32,000 nt of DNA from assembly GCF_000179635.2 (NCBI RefSeq), contig NC_014824.1, positions 150,001 to 182,000 on the forward strand. The letters run 5' to 3'. Numbering within the stretch: position 1 is the stretch's first letter; every line of letters starts with the position of its first letter. The notes beneath the pieces are model-generated. The model made no database searches, was not told the origin of the DNA, and worked only from the letters and a program-made list of their open reading frames with translations. This DNA comes from Ruminococcus albus 7 = DSM 20455 (GTDB lineage Bacteria; Bacillota; Clostridia; Oscillospirales; Ruminococcaceae). Positions 26,662-32,000 of this stretch are shown in pieces. The position numbers and the translations under genes were made by a program.

Positions 26662-28340
26662 ACCTCGATTGGTTCAAATGATTTTTGTACTATACCGTTA
26701 TACTTGGAAGAGGAGATACAGGCTTTATAATAATCTGATACAGCAAATCCATTGTTTTCAAGAGTTATTGAGTTGCCATACCATGATAAGAGAGTGCTTG
26801 TATTAGTTTCTCCTTTTAAAACGGATATACATAGTCTACTCGTTAGCAAGGCGGTTTGCTGGGTATCAAGTGAAGAATACTCAACATATGTTCCTGCACA
26901 ACCAGATATAGTTTTTGAAAAGTTCTGACCCTCTTTAACAAAACTCGTACTGAAAGAAATTAGTTCACCAGAGAGTATATCTGAATATAGACATCGTAAA
27001 CAGCCGCCTTGTGTTACGTTTACAGCTATTGCGTGACCTCCGATACCATAAGGCTCATTAAAGCATACGACAAAAGGAACAGATATTTTTTGCTCTATTA
27101 GCAGTTTATTTATTTCAAGGTTTATAGTCGGTTCGCCAAGTGCAGAAACAATCAAGTCATAATTTTTCAACCGTTCTGGCGTTTTTAATAGTTCCCGAAC
27201 ATCACGATTGACACAATTCATAGGATCAATTTCAGCGAATGGATAATGATCTTCAAGGTAATTAGACATAAGATCTGCTTTATTTTTTTCTTTTAGGGCA
27301 TCGCTGAAACCGAGAATATGTCTGTGAACATTTTCTACATATAGAATATCTTTATCAAGTATATCGATACAGCATAATCCAGACTGACAAAGATTAGCGG
27401 CGACGTATCCACCAACTGAGCCACATCCAAGCAATAAAACACGCTTATCTTTTAAATTTGACGGGGTTCCTGTTTTAAGTGTCATATATTCATAATCAAT
27501 CATTTTAATTGAAAGGGGTTTTACTTTGCTATCATTTACTTTTTCGAGAATTTTATAAGAATTTCCTTTCCGGTTTATACTGAAACCGACAGGAATGTCT
27601 CTTTTCATACCTGGAATCATTAAAATGATAAATATACGGAAAGTCTTATACTTGTTTTTTAGTATTTTTTTGAACTTAGCTTTTTGACTTGATGTAGTGT
27701 TTTGAAGAATAAACAGCCTTAACCATTTCCATGTATATACGTCTTTTATAGGAATGGAAACGAATTTACTTAGTTTTATAAAATACGTTTTGATAATGTA
27801 AGGACTGTCTGTTCTTTCATTAAAGTAGCTGTCAAGAATTGATAATGACAGTTCCTTATTGTCCGATAAAACAATCTTATGATTTATGCATACAGAGTCA
27901 AGCAGCTCAAAAGAATTAAAAGTATACTTTGGAGTAACCATGTGCAATTGCAACAGGCTACGTTCTCCCCAGTAAGCATTGAATTCTTTTAGTATTTCTG
28001 ATGTGTATTGTGTACTACCAGGCTCGATACTTAGTATTTCTACTGCACGATCGAAAGCATCGAGCAGAATAATATACGGATCAACAGAATTTATCAGTAA
28101 AGATGAGTTTTCAAACAAACAAAGCTTATTATCTTTATCAACGTGGGGATAAAACCTCTTACTGTTTTCAAGATAGAAGAAAGGAAATTCCATGGGAAAG
28201 TGATTGTTGAAGCTTATTCTTAGTTCAAGACTCTCGGTTCCAATTGATACTTTCCCGTGAAATTCATCCGTAGTTTCTGGTACGTGAGAAAATCTTACAT
28301 TTCTATCTCGATTAAGCTGTTCAATGTAATTCTCTATCAT
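26628..28340 (-). CDS. E2-like (UBC fold) and E1-like (ThiF/MoeB adenylation domain) fusion protein, Cap2-like
   Basis: 570 aa. The N-terminus has the prokaryotic E2 pattern HFPMEFPFFYL...FYPHVDKDNKLCLF. The centre has RVLLLGCGSVGGYVAANL (Rossmann fold) followed by ENVHRHILG. The C-terminal part has CLRC and CPVC zinc motifs. Confidence 0.85.
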   Translation of the reverse strand: MIENYIEQLNRDRNVRFSHVPETTDEFHGKVSIGTESLELRISFNNHFPMEFPFFYLENSKRFYPHVDKDNKLCLFENSSLLINSVDPYIILLDAFDRAVEILSIEPGSTQYTSEILKEFNAYWGERSLLQLHMVTPKYTFNSFELLDSVCINHKIVLSDNKELSLSILDSYFNERTDSPYIIKTYFIKLSKFVSIPIKDVYTWKWLRLFILQNTTSSQKAKFKKILKNKYKTFRIFIILMIPGMKRDIPVGFSINRKGNSYKILEKVNDSKVKPLSIKMIDYEYMTLKTGTPSNLKDKRVLLLGCGSVGGYVAANLCQSGLCCIDILDKDILYVENVHRHILGFSDALKEKNKADLMSNYLEDHYPFAEIDPMNCVNRDVRELLKTPERLKNYDLIVSALGEPTINLEINKLLIEQKISVPFVVCFNEPYGIGGHAIAVNVTQGGCLRCLYSDILSGELISFSTSFVKEGQNFSKTISGCAGTYVEYSSLDTQQTALLTSRLCISVLKGETNTSTLLSWYGNSITLENNGFAVSDYYKACISSSKYNGIVQKSFEPIEVCPVCKMKHQQ

Positions 28341-28344
28341 AAAA

Positions 28345-28524
28345 TCAAGCGGATTCAGATGTTCCTACATAACTGCGGTCTGCTTTGATTGGAAAGTCGT
28401 TCCCAAAAATTTGAGCCAACACTTTACAAGCTTCAGATTTTTTATCGGTATTCTCAACTTCTGTTAGCTTTGATTTCATAGTGGTTAATTTGCTATGGAA
28501 ATCATCTTGCTGATTCTCAGTCAT
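28345..28524 (-). CDS. 59-aa ORF directly upstream of the E2-E1 gene: either a gene remnant or a small substrate/partner protein
   Basis: Below the ORF-track cutoff. The sequence is MTENQQDDFHSKLTTMKSKLTEVENTDKKSEACKVLAQIFGNDFPIKADRSYVGTSESA. Its stop lies 4 nt before ATG 28340. No SD precedes either in-frame ATG (28524 or 28479). Confidence 0.3.
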   Translation of the reverse strand: MTENQQDDFHSKLTTMKSKLTEVENTDKKSEACKVLAQIFGNDFPIKADRSYVGTSESA

Positions 28525-29880
28525 CTTACTGAAGAGATTGTTTTTTGGTTCAACAGGAAGATTTTGACTAACTCTATTCTGGTTTCCGGCGGACAGACCA
28601 CTGTTGCTAACTTGTTTTACAACATGGGAAGACGACAGGTTGGTCTTGTAGGACTTTGGGATGTAGTTGCTTTTGACGAAGTAGCTGGCATCAATTTCAA
28701 AGATAAAGACGGCGTTCAGATCATGAAGGACTACATGGCTTCCGGTTCATTTGCAAGAGGTAAGGATGCTATTCAGGCTAATGCTTCAATGGTGTTCGTA
28801 GGTAATATCAATCAGAGCGTGGATTATCTTTTGAAGACTTCACATCTGTTTGAACCGTTTCCTGATGCAATGATAGACAGCGCATTCTTTGACAGAATGC
28901 ATTGCTATATTCCGGGATGGGAAATTCCTAAGATGCGTCCGGAGTATTTCACAGATAATTACGGATTCATTTCTGATTATCTTGCAGAGTTTATGCGTGA
29001 AATGAGAAAGGTTCCGGAAACAGATGCCTTTGATAAATTCTTCAAACTCGGCAGATGTCTGAATCAGAGAGATACTATCGCTGTAAGAAAGATGGTATCT
29101 GGTCTGACAAAGCTTATCTACCCTGATGAAAAGTATACCGAAGAAGACATGGAAGAGATTCTGAGATATGCTATCGAAGGACGTAGAAGGGTTAAAGAGC
29201 AGCTGAAGAAAATCGGCGGTATGGAGTTCTATGATGTACAGTTCTCGTTTATCCGTAATTCAAATATGGAAGAGGTAAACGTTCCAGTTCTCGAACAGGG
29301 CGGCGGCAAACTGATTCCTGAAGGAACGGGAAAAGCAGGACATGTATATACCGTTGCTAACGGAACCAACGGCATGATGGGACTGTTCAAGTTTGAGAGC
29401 ACTATGACAAACGGCAGTGGCAAATTCGATGTTACTGGTATGCAGAGTGCCAAGGAAACAAAAGAATCCGTAAAAACAGCTCAAAACTACTTTAAAGCTA
29501 ATGCTAAACATATCAGTGCTTCCATATCTACTGACAGCAGGGATTATCTGATGCACATTCAGGATTGTCAGGGAGTAGGTCTTGACAGCAATATTTCGCT
29601 TCCTGCATTGGTTGCATATTGCAGTGTGGCTATTGACAAGCCTATTCTGCCTCAGTTATGCGTACTCGGCTCTATGAGTATAGGCGGAACTATAAACCCT
29701 GTAGAAGAGCTTGCATCAACACTCCAGGTTGCTTTTGATGCTGGTGCAAAGAGAATTCTAATCCCGATGAGCAGCGCAGCAGATATACCAACCGTACCGG
29801 CAGAGCTGTTTGCAAAGTTCCAGATTTCGTTCTACAGTAGTCCGGAGGATGCGGTTATTAAGGCGTTAGGAATTGAGTAA
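28495..29880 (+). pseudogene. brxL: 5'-truncated BREX Lon-like protease BrxL (Walker A and the whole N-terminal domain are missing)
   Basis: From about nt 28570 the protein matches my memory of BrxL closely: NSILVSGGQTTVANLFYNMGRRQVGLVGLWDVVAFDEVAGINFKDKDGVQIMKDYMASGSFARG...GWEIPKMRPEYF...RRRVKEQLKKIGGMEFYD...Lon-like C-terminus. The first 25 codons are unrelated. An in-frame TAA at 28486 closes the frame upstream. No other BREX genes are in the window. Confidence 0.85.
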
Positions 29881-29908
29881 TGAAATATTAAGAAGGTTAT
29901 ACTGTATA

Positions 29909-31207
29909 ATGAAAATTAAATTTTCGGTAGACGGAATAAAGAACATGGATTTGCTGTATACCTGGCACAAAGAAATGGATGAAACACTAGGATTTGATGT
30001 GTCAACAGAGAATTACCATGGGACAGAATACTGTCAAACTGTAATCAAAGATATTGTTGAAGAGTTACAAGATATTGTAGAAGACACCTATATCGGACAA
30101 CTAGAAAGAATTGCCAACGAAACATTTGAGTTAAAAACTGAGAAATCCACATACCAAGTTTCCTTCGCTATAAACACTTATAACAAAGAAGAGGCGAGGG
30201 TCGAATGTATAATTTTTACTGATGATTGTGAGAATTATGATAAGAATCTTGAAAAACTAAAGATTATACTGAAAAATAGATTGATTTTAGATTGGCGTAA
30301 ATGCACATGGCTTGTAGACGAACAATCGGAATATCTTTGCAGAGAAGCTTTTCAAAAAACGTATCATGTTGAAAATAATCTGCGTGCTTTTGCTAGCAAA
30401 GTACTTATTCATTTCTTAGGAGTAAACTGGATTGAAACGTGGGATGCATTGGATGAAATGTATCGTGAACAAGAAGAGGCAAAAGCTGATGAAGAAGATT
30501 ATTACAGAGATAGACTAGCTTCTGAAACAGGAATGGACATTCTTGATGATGAAAATATTATAGAGTGGTTTGATGAAGTAATTAATGATTTATATGATTC
30601 CATCTATCAGCATTATCATTTAGAGACAGGGTTTGAGATTTCAGATCTTTCATTACCTTCTATGGACAACTTGGCTTTTTCTGTACAATGTATGGTTGTT
30701 GAAGATGGAACAGCCGTTGTAGAAGTTATCACTGATTATTCGATTGATTCTTCTCTTGGAGGAACAAGTATATGTACTCTTATATGTAAAAATAATAATA
30801 AAGAAGTATTTACTGCAGAAATTAGATTCCACAATGGAAATGGTTTTGAAAATGAAGAATGTTTGATGGAAGTTATCGAAAATACAGAGTATGATGATTC
30901 TGAAATAGAAGAATTCAAAGAGAAGTTGATAGATGCAATTAATAAGCTTAACCCATATCCCGCTATCCTAAAACAATTGGAATATGAATCAAAGGGTTGT
31001 GATTCATTTGTTGCAGACTTTCCTTGCGAGCAATGTGATAAACTTGGAGTTTCATTAAACGAAAGATTTCTGACAATTGGGCGCTGTTACTTTTGTGGTT
31101 ATGAGCACGAATTAGATACATGTATTCGTTGTGGCGAGTTATTTAATGCAAATGAACTTGAAGACGGTTTTTGCTCGAATTGTGCTGATTATATTGAGAA
31201 ACAGTAA
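29909..31207 (+). CDS. Hypothetical protein with a C-terminal cluster of CxxC zinc-ribbon motifs
   Basis: ATG 29909 (MKIKFSVDG) is preferred over the TTG at 29873. The middle has an ENNLRAFASKVLIHFLGVNW segment. The C-terminus reads CEQCDK...CYFCGYEHELDTCIRCGELF...FCSNCADY. It is more AT-rich than brxL. Confidence 0.7.
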   Translation: MKIKFSVDGIKNMDLLYTWHKEMDETLGFDVSTENYHGTEYCQTVIKDIVEELQDIVEDTYIGQLERIANETFELKTEKSTYQVSFAINTYNKEEARVECIIFTDDCENYDKNLEKLKIILKNRLILDWRKCTWLVDEQSEYLCREAFQKTYHVENNLRAFASKVLIHFLGVNWIETWDALDEMYREQEEAKADEEDYYRDRLASETGMDILDDENIIEWFDEVINDLYDSIYQHYHLETGFEISDLSLPSMDNLAFSVQCMVVEDGTAVVEVITDYSIDSSLGGTSICTLICKNNNKEVFTAEIRFHNGNGFENEECLMEVIENTEYDDSEIEEFKEKLIDAINKLNPYPAILKQLEYESKGCDSFVADFPCEQCDKLGVSLNERFLTIGRCYFCGYEHELDTCIRCGELFNANELEDGFCSNCADYIEKQ

Positions 31208-31231
31208 GGCCTTTTGAATAACAACTTTTCC

Positions 31232-31260
31232 TTGACGGTTTTTATCTGCTGTAGTATAAT
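31232..31260 (+). promoter_or_regulatory. SigA-type promoter
   Basis: TTGACG (31232-31237), a 17-nt spacer, then TATAAT (31255-31260). It lies 34 nt upstream of the ATG at 31294. Confidence 0.65.
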
Positions 31261-31293
31261 ATTGGAAGTGCACAATTTCAGGAGGTTACTACG

Positions 31294-31467
31294 ATGTTAG
31301 ATGCAATTACAGTCGGTGAAAAGATCAGAATGACTAAGAGCATTACCAGCGCTTATCCGATAGATTCAACGGCAACGATATTTTACATAGACGATTTTGA
31401 TGTAGTTTCTATCGAATGGGCTGACGGAAAGCTGGAGCGTAAATATAACAAATACAAAAGCGGATAG
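31294..31467 (+). CDS. 57-aa DUF4314-like small protein
   Basis: Below the ORF-track cutoff. AGGAGG SD lies 8 nt upstream. The sequence is MLDAITVGEKIRMTKSITSAYPIDSTATIFYIDDFDVVSIEWADGKLERKYNKYKSG. The pattern G..V.....G..G.V..iDD.g.v.V.W resembles DUF4314. Confidence 0.6.
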   Translation: MLDAITVGEKIRMTKSITSAYPIDSTATIFYIDDFDVVSIEWADGKLERKYNKYKSG

Positions 31468-31488
31468 ACTGCCATAAAAGGTAGTGCA

Positions 31489-32000
31489 TTATAGCTGATT
31501 TCGTTTGTCAGGCGATACCTCCCGGCAAACGCCTTGTTCCTTGTATGTTTCGTTGATACGGTCTATTTCGGTGATCAGCTCACGGCATCTTGCTGTATCC
31601 TGAATTTCCATGTAGATGTCAAGCAGAATGTTGAGCAGCTCTGCTTGCTTGTCGATGTACGGTATCATGTCGGGATACTTCTTGCAAATCTCCACAGCTT
31701 CTTCTATCTTATCGGCAGCCGAACGGAAGTCATTGTGATAGAAGAAACAGTTTGCTGTCGGGATATGGATAATGTCTATTATCTCCAATTCTGTCTGGAA
31801 CACCTGTCTTGCGATCTCCTCAGCCTGTTCCGTCAGCTCTCGTGTTTCCTCAAGATCAGGCTTAGCAAGCGTATAGTACCAAGCTGCCACCATATTATAA
31901 TAGCAGTGATTATCGCTTATCTCAGGCTCATTATCCTCAATAAGCTCATATACTTTGTCGAGCAGTTCAGCGGCTTCATCGTAATAGTCGGGAACGCTCC
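31489..32000 (-). CDS. TPR-like helical-repeat protein. C-terminal part only; the N-terminus runs off the right edge.
   Basis: The frame stays open upstream of the track's Met through to nt 32000 (...YYDEAAELLDKVYELIEDNEPEISDNHCYYNMVAAWYYTLAK...). It shows repeated A/Y/L helical-hairpin patterns. Confidence 0.65.
   Translation of the reverse strand, partial: SVPDYYDEAAELLDKVYELIEDNEPEISDNHCYYNMVAAWYYTLAKPDLEETRELTEQAEEIARQVFQTELEIIDIIHIPTANCFFYHNDFRSAADKIEEAVEICKKYPDMIPYIDKQAELLNILLDIYMEIQDTARCRELITEIDRINETYKEQGVCREVSPDKRNQL

Noticed and set aside
28495-29880. Reading the 461-aa ORF as an intact stand-alone Lon-like protease
   Set aside because: The homology starts mid-way through the BrxL ATPase domain, after Walker A. 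The first 25 codons are unrelated, and the frame is closed by TAA at 28486. I treat it as a truncated gene.

Overview
This looks like a low-GC Firmicutes/Clostridia accessory region: AGGAGG-type Shine-Dalgarno sites, TTGACA-17-TATAAT promoters, and most genes on the minus strand. It mixes intact operons with gene debris.

Left to right:
- A partial DUF4143-type AAA+ ATPase that runs off the window.
- An internally deleted IS66 transposase, a PD-(D/E)XK-like ORF and a membrane-anchored alpha/beta hydrolase.
- A long minus-strand DNA-damage-tolerance operon: ACT protein, SRAP, alpha/beta hydrolase, Y-family polymerase, an AT-rich membrane ORF, a YolD-like protein and a truncated second SRAP.
- A Lys/Ala-rich histone-H1-like protein behind a consensus promoter, then an XRE-type regulator.
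- A polymorphic-toxin cassette: a 634-aa anchored surface protein, a lipoprotein with a C-terminal HNH/EndoVII LHH-type nuclease, and a SUKH/SMI1 immunity protein.
- A lipoprotein gene split by an IS21-family element (7-8 bp target duplication). That element's own istA is split by a three-tyrosine-recombinase (recombinase-in-trio-like) element.
- An AT-rich cassette encoding a Cap2-like E2-E1 fusion, a Cap3-like JAB peptidase and a multi-TM protein. No nucleotide cyclase or ubiquitin-like gene is recognisable in the window.
- That cassette abuts, head to head, a 5'-truncated brxL (BREX Lon-like protease). Next come a Cys-rich zinc-ribbon protein, a DUF4314-like small gene and a partial TPR-like gene.

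The cyclase-less E2/E1-JAB-TM cassette is my best candidate for an undescribed system. The alternative is an eroded type II CBASS, and I cannot separate the two without searches. No rRNA, tRNA or CRISPR array was recognised.
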